Origin: Octopus sinensis | Lineage: Eukaryota | NCBI RefSeq assembly: GCF_006345805.1 | Contig: NC_042999.1 | Span: 142,786,001 to 142,850,000, forward strand | DNA length: 64,000 nucleotides | Direction of reading: 5' to 3' | Part shown: piece after piece, positions 21,405 through 38,700 of the stretch | Layout of the letters: the number at the start of each line of letters is the position of its first letter | Position numbering within the stretch: position 1 is the stretch's first letter | Notes under the pieces: model-generated | The model's input: only the letters and a program-made list of their open reading frames with translations | What the model was told of the DNA's origin: nothing | Databases searched by the model: none | Made by a program: the position numbers and the translations under genes

Positions 21405-21734
21405 GAAGGTGCATGGCTCAGTGGTTAGAGTGTCAAGCTTACGATTGTGAGGTTGTGAACCCCGGACCAGGCTGCATGTTGTGTTCTTGAGCAAGACACT
21501 TTATTTCACGTTGCTCCATTTCATTCAGCTGTAGAAATGAGTTGCGACATCACAGGTGCCAAGCTGTATCGGCCTTTTCCTTTCCCTTGGATAACACTGG
21601 TGGCGTGGAGAGGGGAGACCGGTATGCATGGTCGACTGCTGGTCTTCCATAAACAACCTTGTCTGGACTTGCACCTGAGAGGGTAACTCTCTAGGTGCAA
21701 TGCCATGGTCTATGTCGTGACCGAAGGGGGTCTC
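21405..21734 (+). mobile_element. tRNA-derived SINE (second family)
   Basis: GGTGCATGGCTCAGTGGTTAGAG A-box head; TTGTGTTCTTGAGCAAGACACTT central domain. Confidence 0.8.
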
Positions 21735-22802
21735 AGAATATGTGCTATACTGTCTTAAGAAACAGCAAGAAGATTGAATAATGTAGTCCTTAACTTGCAA
21801 AATGAGTGAATGGTCATGGCTGGTGTGTGACTCAACAATAACTTGTTGCTAATTTTGAATATTCTGCAGAGCTGTAGGCACTTCCTTTCTTCCTCAGTCT
21901 AAGTAACAATAAAAAGAAAGTCATTTATTGTGGTTTTGCTTCACTGTGGAAGTCTCTTTTCAAAAGGACTTCTTTCAACACACTATGTTAGTGTAATGAA
22001 ATTGACCAGTGGTTAAATATTCACTAGTGGTGAAGATGAGGTGTAGTTGTGAAAGGGATGAGTGGACATGATATCCAGCTATGAGCTGAAATGCACAGCA
22101 GACTTCATTGTTTTGACATAGTGTACTTAATTAAGCACTATTCCAGTCACTTAGTAGTCATACAACTGGGTTTCAGATCTGTTATCTGAGGTAAAGTAAC
22201 ATCCTATCCAGAATCATTTTGTCTCAGTCTTTTAATTCACATGAAATTAATTGAGTGATAATCCTTAAAAGTTTAAAGATTAGAAGATACATTTATTTAC
22301 TAGTTGAAGATGTGCTGGAATGCTAAATAAACCAAACCAAAAGATGGCTTATTTAGCATTCAGAGGCATGATTGAATAGACTTGTAAAAGGTTACCCAAC
22401 GGAGATACAGTTGTTAAGTGGGAGTAGTAGGAAGTTTAGGTAATTGAGGAGTTTTTTTTATTTAATATATAAAGTCAGTTTGAATCTTTACATTAGAGAC
22501 ACAACAAGCACTCACCCAGGCACTTTGAAACAGGGATTAAATCCAATACAGCTGATCGTTTAGTTGACAGCAAAAGATATATATATAATTGAAAAATAGG
22601 ATAAAATCTTTATAAGAATTTATCAAATAGTTAGTGTGAAAAACCTCATTAGGGAAAAATCCATCAATTATTCCTCTTAAATATATTTATTTATATTAAG
22701 GGCATTACTATACATAAATGCCTCACACTAGGAGGGACTCTTACAGTCAAAACTACCATAATAGATAAACAAATAATATATATATATGCTGTTAAATGTT
22801 TC

Positions 22803-23152
22803 AATCATTAGACTGTGGCCATGCTGGGGCACTGCCTCATAGAAATTTAGTTGAACGAATTGACCCCAGTACCTATTTTCAAGCCTAGTACTTATTTTAG
22901 CAGTCCCTTTAGCTGAACCATTAAGTTACAGGGACATAAACACACCAACACTGGTTGTCAAGCAGTGGTGGGGGGACAAATACACACACACACAGACAAC
23001 AGGCTTATTTCAGTTTCTGTATGCCAAATCCACTCACAAGGCTTTGGTCGACCTGAGGATATAGTAAAAGACACTTGCCCAAGGTGCCATGCAGTGGGAC
23101 TGAACCCAGAACCATGTGGTAGGGAAGCAAACTTCTTGCAACACAGCCATGC
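22803..23152 (-). mobile_element. tRNA-derived SINE, near full length, CpG-decayed
   Basis: Tail, (CA) centre and head of the 2928/3123 family. Confidence 0.8.
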
Positions 23153-23809
23153 ATATATAATATTGGAGTGACAGACAGACAAGGTGGGGATAAGAAATCA
23201 GTTGTTTCTAAGACACGATATGTAATAGTCCTCAAATTTTTTTCAGTAAGTTGGTAGATGAAGAAAGAATGTGATATTTAGTGAACATTTTGGGAATTTT
23301 TCTTTCCAGGTTATTGCTGTTCTATGAGAGAAGGATTGGGTGAAGTGTTTGGTGTATGATCTGAGAGATAAGACGCCATAAAGAGATGATGGGAAGAGGA
23401 GCAAGATTGTTTCAAGTAGGCCTGAGTGGGGAGGAATTTGCAGCTTACTAGCCCAAAGGAAACAACATATCTTTGTGCTGGTAAGTAAACAGCAATAATG
23501 TTATTTAGCAGACAGTAAGAGGTTATTTAATAACAGTCAGAAAGCTAAGAGTTTATATCTGGGGGCAAAATCTGTAACTATCCCCTATTTCACATAGCAA
23601 GAGAGAGACAGAGAGATGTGGTAGAGTGTTATACTAACTAAAAATTAATATGTAGTTTGTTTGTAATGAGATAAAATCTTTCTCATGCATATAGGAAATA
23701 TTTTAGCAGCCATCAGATGGTAGTGATAAGTTACCAAGATATATATAATTATTAATTGAGCTGTTTGTTACCAGGTGTTCAGTAGTCAGGTAATGTTTAG
23801 CACAAATCA

Positions 23810-23861
23810 TCAGTTAGTATGGCATATTAAGTGGTTCATTTTAATATGCCATACTAACTGA
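23810..23861. other. Perfect 21-bp inverted repeat with a 10-nt loop
   Basis: TCAGTTAGTATGGCATATTAA / GTGGTTCATT / TTAATATGCCATACTAACTGA. Confidence 0.9.
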
Positions 23862-26749
23862 AAGGTCTATGAGAAGAACAATGCCTAAAGAAGAGATAGA
23901 ATATTCAGTTTCAGCAGCCACCAGTTGGCATGATATTAAGAAGCTTCTTGTATTTCATACTTCTGAAACTAAAGTCTGAAGAAGAACAACCATCCTAGAA
24001 CAGGAAATATCAGCAGTTGTTGAAATTGTATGTTATTATAATGGGATTCATGGCTGATATTTCAGAATAGTTATTGTTTCATCAGCTTCATTTTGATGTG
24101 GTCTGTAAATGTTTGGTATTCAGATGTTTCCTCTGAAGGTTACATGTTGTCATTTATCAATTCTTTTATTTGAATAGATTAAGAGAAGTAAAACGTCCAA
24201 CTATTGATATTTGATATAAAGATTGGAATACTTTAATATCAGATCTACAACCTATTTTCAAATTGAGAACACAATACTGCAGGATAATTTGAAATGAAAT
24301 TTCCATTCCCAATTTTGAAATTGATGAGACATAGATTCACTGACATTTTCTTGCCTTTCAATAATCCATAGCTGTAAGTAGGGTCCACAATAAAATTTTA
24401 GAAGCAACTGCACTGTAAAATTAGTTTGTCAGATGTGTACAGCTGAGTCAAATTTCTTCCATACAGATTCAATAAAAACCTGACATCATCAGTTTGTAAT
24501 TGATTTTTGATGCCATATTAATAAAATTATGAGTTCAAATCAGTTGACTTGACTTTTCATCCCTCTAGATTTAATAAGTACGAGTAATATAGAGGTTGAT
24601 TTAATTGACACCCACCACCACCACCACTACAAAAAGAAAAATAATTTTTATAACCTTGAGTGACCAAAGGTAATAACTAATAGTTTTGTTGGTTAAAAAT
24701 GATCTCTTTTAGATTTGCTTTATGCCTGTAACTGTATTCTTTCTTGATCGAGACTTGGCAGCCAAGGACAATGTAGTTCCTCATCTCCAATGTTCTGCAG
24801 TTACTTATGGCTATGTGTGCTGTGCAACCATGTGATTTCATGTTTGAGCCTACTGCACAGTACATTGAGTGAATGTCTTATACTATAGCCTTCTCTTGAT
24901 CATAGCTTTGTAAGTTCAATTTGCTTAACAGAAGTTATATGTTAGACTGTTGTGTTTATGTGTATATATGAAAATCATGCTCAAATCATAAACACAAACA
25001 GACAAAGAATGAGAACTCAAAGAAGTAACAGGTAGAATCAAAAGTCTTTATCCAGTGGCAGCATTCCAGTTCCATCTGCATTCCTGAATATTATTGTCAC
25101 TTTGACCGCTGCTGATAAAGTTTTCTATCAGAAGAATGATCTCTTGTAAATTCCATGCTTACTATTAAAGCTTGTCTATTTTCCTATTGTTTGTATATGC
25201 TCCATATCTTCCACTTCTTGCAGCATTTTATAGCCCAAACAATGCATAAATAATGTTTTCTAATTCTATCTAGGGTGCCCCTAATTTCAGAAATATATCA
25301 TTAGCTTGGTGATTAAGACTAGTTTCATTAGCCAGTGACATATGCTTGAGTAATTATCTTTCATCTTCTGTTAGGATTCATATAAGAAATGTGCTAGTAG
25401 AACAACCCATGTCCTTTTAAAACAAAGGGGCCTTGATCATGTGATTCAGCTATTTTAGCCTAGCCTTTCTTGAAACAAACTAAAATAAGTTGTATGAGCT
25501 AATGTTCTTAAAATTGGTATAATGAGGTGACTTGGCAGATTCATGATATCCTTCAGGCATTCTGATAAATGTTACTGTTACAAAATCTGAACTTTACCTT
25601 TATAGTGGGAGTTATTAACCTCCTGATGTCGCCATTACTTTTTCTTTCATTTTGTATTCTCTCAGTAGCTCTTATTATCTCTTATTCTTTCATTTACTTG
25701 CCATGCCTCTCTTTTGTTCTTCAGTATAATTTTCTAATCTTGTAGCTGTTCGTCAGTTCTTTGATTTCTTTACTCTTGAATCTCATTAGCAAATCTTACT
25801 GTTATTGTTGGCTCAGCTCTGCTTTCATTCTTTTTCTTTTTTCATTCCATAGTTTTATTTTGTACTTTAGATATTGCTCTGTGCCTTGTTAGTGTTCCGA
25901 TTCTGTAATCTACCCATGTTTCTTTTTCTTACTATCTTTTCATCTAAGCTCCCTCAAGTCTCTTTTGAATTGATGACTGTGATTGAGTGTCTTGAGATTG
26001 TCTTGAAGCTGTTATTTTCGTACAGTTTATGCCAAGTGATTCTTATGCAAATACATCTATATATGTAACCAAAAGTATTTCAGAACAGTTTCAGATAAAT
26101 CTAAAATTATAGTAACATCTTAAAAATTCCAGTTATATTTTAATGAAAATAAAACCATCAGCATTGCTCAAAACTCACACCACACTCTCTCTCTAAACCC
26201 CTTATTCACAGCAGTCATCTCCTTTCCTACTTTCATTTTCCATTTTTTCGATCTAGATTTGCTTCTTTCTCCACTTCCAGCCACCACTTTCATTGATACT
26301 CACTTTTCACTATGTATTTTATGGCAATTATTATTTTACTTTTGGATTACAGCAATTTAGAAGGAAAATGCAACTACTTCACATTTCTCTGTTTTACAAT
26401 CTTTGTTGTTTTTAAATGTTTTTCATTTACCTTCCTTGATTAAGTAATTTATAATATAAGTAATTATTTCAATTGTTCTTATAAATGTTAGGAAAGTGTA
26501 ATGATGGTTGCTTTGGATAGCACTCTATGGGGGAGGTACCCAAGGTCTCTACCCCCATGACCCTCCCAGGGATAGTGGGCAGAGAAGATAGATGAATGGA
26601 TTATAAATGTTTGAAAGGAAACTAAGGGTTTTCAGCCAATCAAAGCCATGTGAGTGGAAACTGAAAATCCATCCAATCCATTACCAATATAGAAAGCAGA
26701 AATAAAATGGTGAATAGGAATGAGTGTGATTATATCTTTTATTTTTTAC

Positions 26750-27122
26750 TTGTTTTACTCAATAGACTGTGGCCATGCTGGAGCACCACCTTGAAGAATT
26801 TTAGTCAAATGAATCAACCCCAGTACATAATTTTTGTAAAGCCTGTTTCTATTGGTTTCTTTTACCGAACTGCTAAGTTATGGGGATATAAGCATACCAA
26901 CACTAGTTGTCAGGTAGTGGTGGAGGACACACAGACACAAACATATGACCAGCTTCTTTCAGTTTCTACCTACCAAATTGATTCACAAGGCTTTGGACAG
27001 TCTGAGGCTGTAGTGGTAGAAGACACTTATCCAAGGTACCATAGGGTACCATGCAGTGAGACTGAGCCCAGAACCATGTGGTTGGGAAGCAAAATTCTTA
27101 CCACACAGCCACACCTGCACCT
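26750..27122 (-). mobile_element. tRNA-derived SINE, near full length, CpG-decayed
   Basis: Same family as 22803-23152. Confidence 0.8.
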
Positions 27123-27952
27123 ATATATGTGCTTTTTTTTTTTTTTTCTTAGGAAATTTTGACTGCTATGAACCACTGCACAAACTCTGATTGTATGGCC
27201 ATAGACAATTGACTGAAACAAGTAAAAGACAGTAGATAAAGAACCAGAATAGTTGGAAACTAAGTTTAAGAGAAAAGTTAAGCCAGTTGTATAATTTCAA
27301 ACTTATCTTTCCATGCTATCTGTGATTGCAGCTAATGTATCTGAAGTAGCTGTAGGTCATTTTAAAATCGTTAATCACAGAACAGATGGTTGATTCACGG
27401 GATGAATTTACACCAAATGACTTTTCTGTTTTTTTCTTCACCGTTTTGTCCCAGCAAATATAAGCATCTGTGTGTATTTATATTAAAGATGTTCTTATGT
27501 TCATTACTTCTGCAATTGACATTTATTTGGATATGTTAACCATATATACTGTTTATAGCTGAATCAAGTAAGGCTTTTGCTTATATGTAACCATAGAAAG
27601 CTGAAGTAAGTGTCTCTGGCTAGACATCTAAAATCATGTATATTTTGTTTCACATCAGCCAAGGAAGGTTTTAATGTCATTTGCATATATATGTGTGTAT
27701 GTGTACAGGTTGTCTTTACATTGCAGCTACATCAGGTTATGGTATTTTGCACTCAAGGGGATTGTAAAGTATGACTGTTTCAGGATACAATCTGTACTTT
27801 CACTCTAAAAATTACATTTTCTGCTTAGCTGAATAACATGAAAGTAGTTAACAATTTGAAAAACTATAATCATATGTACTTACATACATAACTTATATTA
27901 TGTATATTTGTATTTGTGTATATTTTCTTAGGTTGCAGTGAATATTTATCTA

Positions 27953-32374
<4,422 letters not shown>

Positions 32375-32670
32375 GAGGCACAATGGCCCAGTGGTTGGGG
32401 CAGTGGACTCGCGGTTGTAGGATCGCAGTTTCGATTCCCTGACCAGGCGTTGTGAGTGTTTATTGAGCGAAAACACCTAAAAGCTCCACGAGGCTCTAGC
32501 AGGGGTTGGTGGCAATCCCTTCTGTACTCATTCGCCACAACTTTCTCTCACTCTTCTGTTGGCCTGCTCGCTTAGCCAGCAGGGTGGTGTCATTTGAATT
32601 CTAAACCAATGTGAAGCACATTGTGACCAGCGATGTGTAGCAACATCTGATAGCCTGGTCGGTCACAGTG
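32375..32670 (+). mobile_element. tRNA-derived SINE (third family) embedded in (TA)n
   Basis: GAGGCACAATGGCCCAGTGGTTGGGG...GTTTCGATTCC head; (AT)n on both sides. Confidence 0.8.
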
Positions 32671-34749
32671 ATATATATATATTAGACCTAATATGACATT
32701 ATTACAGATGTCAATAATGGAACATTAGACGTTCTTGTTTTTGTTGTATCATACACTTCTTAATTATACATGTACCATATGTTTATTTTTCTGTAGTATA
32801 AAATCAACAAACTTCTGATTTCTATTTATACAGATGATGTTTCATAGGTAAATGCTTAAGTGTTTGTTACAGAAGTAAGGACCTTAGAATGTAGATTCTT
32901 TTCACACTTGACTGTGCACTGTTGAGACTGTTTCTCATGTCCTATTACTCAATCCATCTGACATTCCCCTTTTACTTCTACTCAGTTCTCTATCTATACC
33001 TACTCAGCCCTGAGACATGATACTTTTATCTCTTTACAATAATATATATATAATTCAATGCTGACATCACAGAATTCATATAACTACATGCCTAATACAA
33101 CATATAAACTATTGCTTTTCCCCTGCACTGCATTCATATCTCTATATTTGTATGATGTTAATTTACATGAAGCTGCATTGAAGTTTATAACTGCTTTCAC
33201 TGACAGTTTATAAATAAATTTCAGTTGAGTGGAAGAGATTGAGATAAAATCATGGCGTCTTGTTTATGTACTGTCTTGTTTTCTACGTTCAAGTATCTTT
33301 AGATGAGAGAATATTTGAAGAAGGAAATTTTGTCTGCAATTGAGAAATGGGGGCAAAATGTATACTAATGCTGTGTGTGTATTTTGCATTCTTAATATAT
33401 GTTATGACTCCAAAATTACTTTCAAGGCAGACAGACTGACTGGTTTACAAAGTTTAAATATAATGTAGTCTGGACAGTACATGGATTAGAGATACCAGAT
33501 GAAATAGCTGTTAGGTGCTGGCAGTGGTGGTGATGCATGGGGGTTCACACACATTGTGATAGAAGAGGGAGAACAATGTGTAACAATTTTACTAACTTGG
33601 ATAAAAATAAATATTTATTCTGCTACACAATAGTGTGAGAAATATCTAATAAATATGCTGTGTTGGGATCAGCATTGTTCATTATTGGTTAACTATGTTA
33701 TTAACATCTGTAGGACTGAAAACTGAGAGTTGTAAAATCCAGAATTTTGTTGAGATTATTACCAACATGATGTGCAAATACTCAATGTTTTTCTCTCTCA
33801 CATGTACAAGTGCTTTTAATGTCTCTCTCTCTCTTTTACATTTCCTCAGATGTCTACTCTCTCACATATTTTTTGGTCTTCTCCACCTGTGCACCATTAT
33901 CATTTTTACTTCCCTCCTTTTCCATTTTTTTTTTTAATTTTGTCATGCTGGCGTGTGTTAGATGAAATATTAAGAGGTAGTATTTATTCTACAACAGGTG
34001 CATAGTTCAAACAATGTGAATGCAAAGACACAGTGAAACAACCAATGCACAATATACCTACACACACACTTGCACATAAGACATAGGTGTGGCTGAAACG
34101 TTTGTTTCATAGCCACCTTTTTGGCTTGGTCCCTCCATACAACAAATTGAGCAGGTGTCTTCTGGTATAGCCCTAGGCTGACCAGGGCCTTCCAGGTGAA
34201 TTTAATATACAAAAACTGACTAGTCCTATATATACGTACATCTGTGTGACTATTGGTTTGACATTTGCACTCTCTGAAAGTTGTGTGGTTATGATGTCAC
34301 TTTTTTCAGCCTATCATCTGCTCACTTTGTGCCTTCAAAGGCTTCTGAAATACTGGTATGGGTTACATGAAAAACTGGTAAGAGTTAGCAACAAGAAGGG
34401 CACTTTATTGTAAAACAATGCCTCAATTCATCTAACTCATACCAGCATGCAAAAATGGATGTAAACACACACACATATGCTCTCTTTATTGTATTTTGTT
34501 TGGACAGATTTCAAGAGATTTAATATCTAGTAATATTTCTTGTAACTTATAAATCCATCAGCTAAACTTACTCAATTCATTCAATAGGAGCCTGGCAAGG
34601 TTACCAAGTTGTGTATTGATTTATGTAAACATCATTGTCAGTAATAAAGCATGTAATTTCATGACTCAGTCTACACTTCTTTATATACAGCATCATGAAA
34701 ATAAAAAGGGCTTGAAACAAAGAAATAATGATTTTTTTATTTATATATA

Positions 34750-34780
<31 letters not shown>

Positions 34781-34859
34781 AAGTTGAAACCAAACTAAAG
34801 AGTTGTATGTATTTAGAAATAAGGTAACTAAAGATATTTGAGGAATGAACATTTTAAAA

Positions 34860-35230
34860 CAATGAAAAGCACCATTCAAGCGTGATCGTTACGAACATCA
34901 CCTTACTAGCACTTGTGTCAGTGGCATGTGAAAAATCATTCGAGCAAGGTTGTTGCCAGTTCCACTGGGCAGGCTCCTGTGCGGGTGGCACATAAAAAAC
35001 ACCATTTGAGCTTGGCCATTGCCAGTACCACCTGACTGGCCCTTGTGCCAGTGACATGTAAAAGCACCCACTACACTCTCGGAGTGGTTAGCGTTAGGAA
35101 GGGCATCCAGCTGTAAAAACTCTGCCAGATCAGATTGGAACCTGGCACAGCCATCTGGTTCGCCAGTCCTCAGTCAAATCGTCCAACCCATGCTAGCATG
35201 GAAAGTGGGCGTTAAACGATGATGATGATG
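34860..35230 (+). mobile_element. RTE-related non-autonomous element with a (GAT)n tail
   Basis: GGTTAGCGTTAGGAAGGGCATCCAGCTGTA core and CCAACCCATGCTAGCATGGAAAGTGGGCGTTAAACGATGATGATG 3' end. Confidence 0.75.
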
Positions 35231-35984
35231 AAAATGATAGTATGGTGAATAGCACATTACAAAAATAAGGGAATAAAATTATGAGCAAAATATTTTATTT
35301 CTTGAGCTTGATGCCTTATTATGTAAGAAAGACTGTAATAATAAGTCATGTGATATCTATATTGAAAACTCCCATGTACATACCTGTTGAGTGAAAGACG
35401 TGTGGTTTTACATTTCTCCATTCACTTGACTGACCTGTCAAGTTAGGTCCATCTCAAGCTATTAACATTTGTCATGGGAGAATTGTTACATTGTTACATC
35501 TAATTTGATAACCAATCTACCCATTCTGTCAATAAAGATCTGTGTTTTTCAACCTTTTGCAGATGGCAATACACTTTTGTATCACTAAAGTGGAACAACA
35601 TTATAAATAAGTTGTTTGTAAAATTAAGTGTTGTATTGCAGTAAAATAAAAAGTATTTGTAAACACAAGCAATCAGGTAAAGTAGGCAATTAATGTTTAA
35701 TTGAAAGAAAACTGTCTGACATGTAAGTTGGACAGCTACAGCTGTAAATAGTTTGACTAACAATCAGAGTGTAATCTGCTTTGATGATTAGTTGCCTTGT
35801 TTTTCATTGCACATCACTGCAGCACCATTAATCAAGGTGTATGGTTGGGATAATTGTAGCACAGATGAAGGTTTCTAGAGGATTTCAATATGCATGGCCC
35901 AATCAGTGAAGACATGAGGATCTGAAAATAGATGACTGTGGTTTTTGAATTGTAGATGTGAGTTCAGCTATCATATGTAAAACA

Positions 35985-36160
35985 TAGGTGCAGGCATGGC
36001 TGTATAATTAAGAAGCTTACTTTGCAACATTGATGTTTCAGGTTCAGTCCCATGGTGCAGCACCTTGTGCATGTGTATTCCACTACAGTCCCAAGATGAC
36101 CAATGCCATGTGAGTGAATTTGGTAGACCGAAACTGTGGAGAAACCCATCATAAACATAT
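35985..36160 (+). mobile_element. tRNA-derived SINE head, decayed
   Basis: AGGTGCAGGCATGGCTG...GGTTCAGTCCC...GAATTTGGTAGACCGAAACTG. Confidence 0.65.
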
Positions 36161-36179
36161 AGGGTGTTCAGGTTCATCT

Positions 36180-36412
36180 GAATATTGGAAAAGAGTCACC
36201 TGTATCATGACGATGCACATTGGATATCAAAATGCAGACTTCGTGACTGCTACTCAATGCTTTGTAAAGGTTGTAAGACATGACATGGATAGCTGTAATG
36301 GAGATTATGAAGCCATGACCAGCAGGAAGGGACATAGCAAGCAATTCAGGTGGCGACATGAAGCTGCTGGAAGGCCATACGTGTGGAAGCAGGATGAGGC
36401 TTCTTGCCATTT
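36180..36412 (+). pseudogene. Tc1/mariner DD37D (maT-type) transposase relic, left part
   Basis: VRHDMDSCNGDYEAMTSRKGHS...AAGRPYVWKQDEASCH (second catalytic D motif). Confidence 0.7.
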
Positions 36413-37204
36413 ATCATCATCATCATCATCATTTAACATCTACCTTCCATGCTGGCATGGGTGGGATGGTTTGACAAGAGCTGGCCAAGCAGAAGCCTGC
36501 ACCAGACTTCTGTAACTGTTTTGGCAGGATTTTTACAGCTAGCTGCCCTTCCTAACACCAACCACTCAACAGAGTGGACTTAGTGCTTTTTATGTGACAC
36601 AAGCACAGGCGAGGTCAGTTTTGGCAAGGTTTATACAGCTGGATACCCTTCCTAACACCAACCACTCAGCAGAGTGGACTTAGTGCTTTTAAGTGGCAAC
36701 TGCACTGACAAGGTCACCAAGTACTTGCAAGACAAAAAAAAAGCTATTTTGAAAGGAGAGGGGACATTGGAGGAGGTGATCTTGTGTTGGATGATGAAAG
36801 GTTATATTGAGACACAGAGACAGAAACAGATGTCTTGCTGTAGAGGAGGGACAAGGTTACTCAGCCAGAGAGAGAGATTAGGAATGAAGACAGAAACAGA
36901 TGCGCTGCTGCAAAGGAAATACATGGTCACCCAACCTGAGGGAAGTGAAGGAGAGAGAGGCATACAGCAGGATAGAGATGGTGGCAAAGTGCCGGGCATA
37001 TGCAATGATACAATGAGTCAGGGTGTGGGTGGAACATGCAGTTTGGAAGTTAGCGGATAGCAAGGATACAGTGGCACAGGGTCAAGAGGACAGGATTGGG
37101 GAGTGGGGGTAAGCCTAGTGCATGGAGTGGCAATGTGAGGAAGAGAAGGGATATTTGGTTTGTTATGGTAGAGTGTGTTCTTGTTAAGTGTGGGTGGGAC
37201 ACAC
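36413..37204 (-). mobile_element. RTE-related non-autonomous element
   Basis: (CAT)n-TTAACATCTACCTTCCATGCTGGCATGGG (reverse-complemented RTE tail) and two AGCTG(C/G)...CCCTTCCTAACACCAACCAC blocks. Confidence 0.6.
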
Positions 37205-37790
37205 AGCATTTCTAGGACTCAGTTTTGCTGATGTAGGCAGGTCTTCCCAAGAATTTCATATCGCCAGACATCTCAGTTCATTGTCATTTCCTCTGTGAGG
37301 CCCAACATCTCTTCTTGGGTCTCCCTCTTCCACAGGTACCATCTACTTTCAGTGGTTGGCACTTCTTTATGCAGCTGTCTTCATTCATATGCATCACATA
37401 TCCAAACCAATGTAATCTTCTCTCTAGCATGCTACATTTGACTCCTCTTATGCCCGACTTTTCTCTCAATACATTTACACTTTGTCGTACATGTGCACTG
37501 ATATTACACATCCAACAGAGCATACTACCTTCATTTCTCTCCAGTCTATTCATGTCTTCTGCATTCAGAGCCCCTGTCTCATTACCATGGAGTATAGCTG
37601 TTCGCACACAAGCATCGTATAGTCTACTTTCACTCTGAGAGAGTCTTTTTGTTGCCAACAGAGATAATAGCTCTCTGAACTTCCTCCACCCAATTCTTAT
37701 TCTAGAAACAATACTTTCAGAACATCCTCCACCATTACTAATTTGGTTACCTAGGTAACAGAAACTATCTACAACCTCAAGAGAGCCTCC
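37205..37790 (-). mobile_element. RTE-clade LINE 3' fragment
   Basis: GGSLEVVDSFCYLGNQIS..GGC..RIRIGWRKFRELL, LYDACVRTAILHG and RRLHWFGYVMHM...GRGRPKK motifs. Confidence 0.85.
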
Positions 37791-38060
37791 CCAGAAAAAG
37801 TCAGAAGTGGTTGTTGGAGAATTTCTATGACTTCACCAGCCCTAATTTCTGGCCTTCTAATTCCCCCAATTGTAATCTCATGGATTACTACATGTGGGGT
37901 ATGGTTGAGAAAGACACCAACTGCTCTGCCTGTAACATCAAAATCAAGTTGGTGGTCAAGATTTAGGTGTCCAAAGATCTTTCCAGGAATACAGTGAAGA
38001 ACCAGGTTCCAGAGCCTTCTTGTGGCTGTGGTGGAAGCTGAAGGCAGTTACTTTGAGTAA
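37791..38060 (+). pseudogene. Tc1/mariner DD37D transposase relic, right part
   Basis: SQKWLLENFYDFTSPNFWPSNSPNCNLMDYYMWGMVEKDTN, containing the WPxNSPxxNxxD motif. Confidence 0.75.
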
Positions 38061-38061
38061 A

Positions 38062-38420
38062 CTGTTATCTCCCAACCATAATCTAGTTCTGGGGTCCATA
38101 TAAGATTGTTGGGTCCATGGATGCAATATAATAAATTGGAGGTTCACAGTAATTTTTCAGGGACCATGAAAAATTGTGCATTAGACTAGTAAAGTGTATG
38201 TGCAATAAATTGGTTATACATCCACAATACACAAAATATTTTAACAATTACTTTTATACATGGTAGTGCTCCAGCATGACCGCAGCTGCATGGTTCAAAT
38301 GAGTAAAAGAATACAATTTCTAATAATATTTAATTATGAAAACATCAAATGGCCATGGGATCTACTCAAGGAAAATAGGAATCAAAGGGGTCCATGGGCA
38401 AAAAATGGTTGAGAACCCCT
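38062..38420. mobile_element. Degenerate hAT MITE
   Basis: Right terminus GGTTGAGAACCCCT and internal GGGGTCCATG blocks as in 4444-4525. Confidence 0.45.
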
Positions 38421-38529
38421 TATCTAGTTGATATTTTTTTCACTTTTTTAAATTTTATTTTTAGGTGGGATATTGTTTTCTTTTATGCAAACTGTCAAAT
38501 TTAGCCCAAACATTCTCTCTATATATGTG

Positions 38530-38700
38530 TGTGTTTGTGTTTATTCCCCCACCACTACAATGCAGTTCAGCAAAAGAGATTGATAGAATAACTACCAGAC
38601 TTAAAAATAAGTTTGGGGTTGATAAGTATTAAGCCCTTCAAGATGATGTCCCATCATGGCTGCAGTCTGATGACTGAAACAAGTAAAAGATAAAAGACAG
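38530..38700 (+). mobile_element. SINE 3' tail fragment
   Basis: ...CATCATGGCTGCAGTCTGATGACTGAAACAAGTAAAAGATAAAAGA. Confidence 0.6.

Noticed and set aside
34860-35230. AGGAAGGGCATCCAGCTGTA core considered as a twister or HDV-like ribozyme
   Set aside because: I could not map the required pseudoknot pairings; treated only as an RTE-related conserved block.
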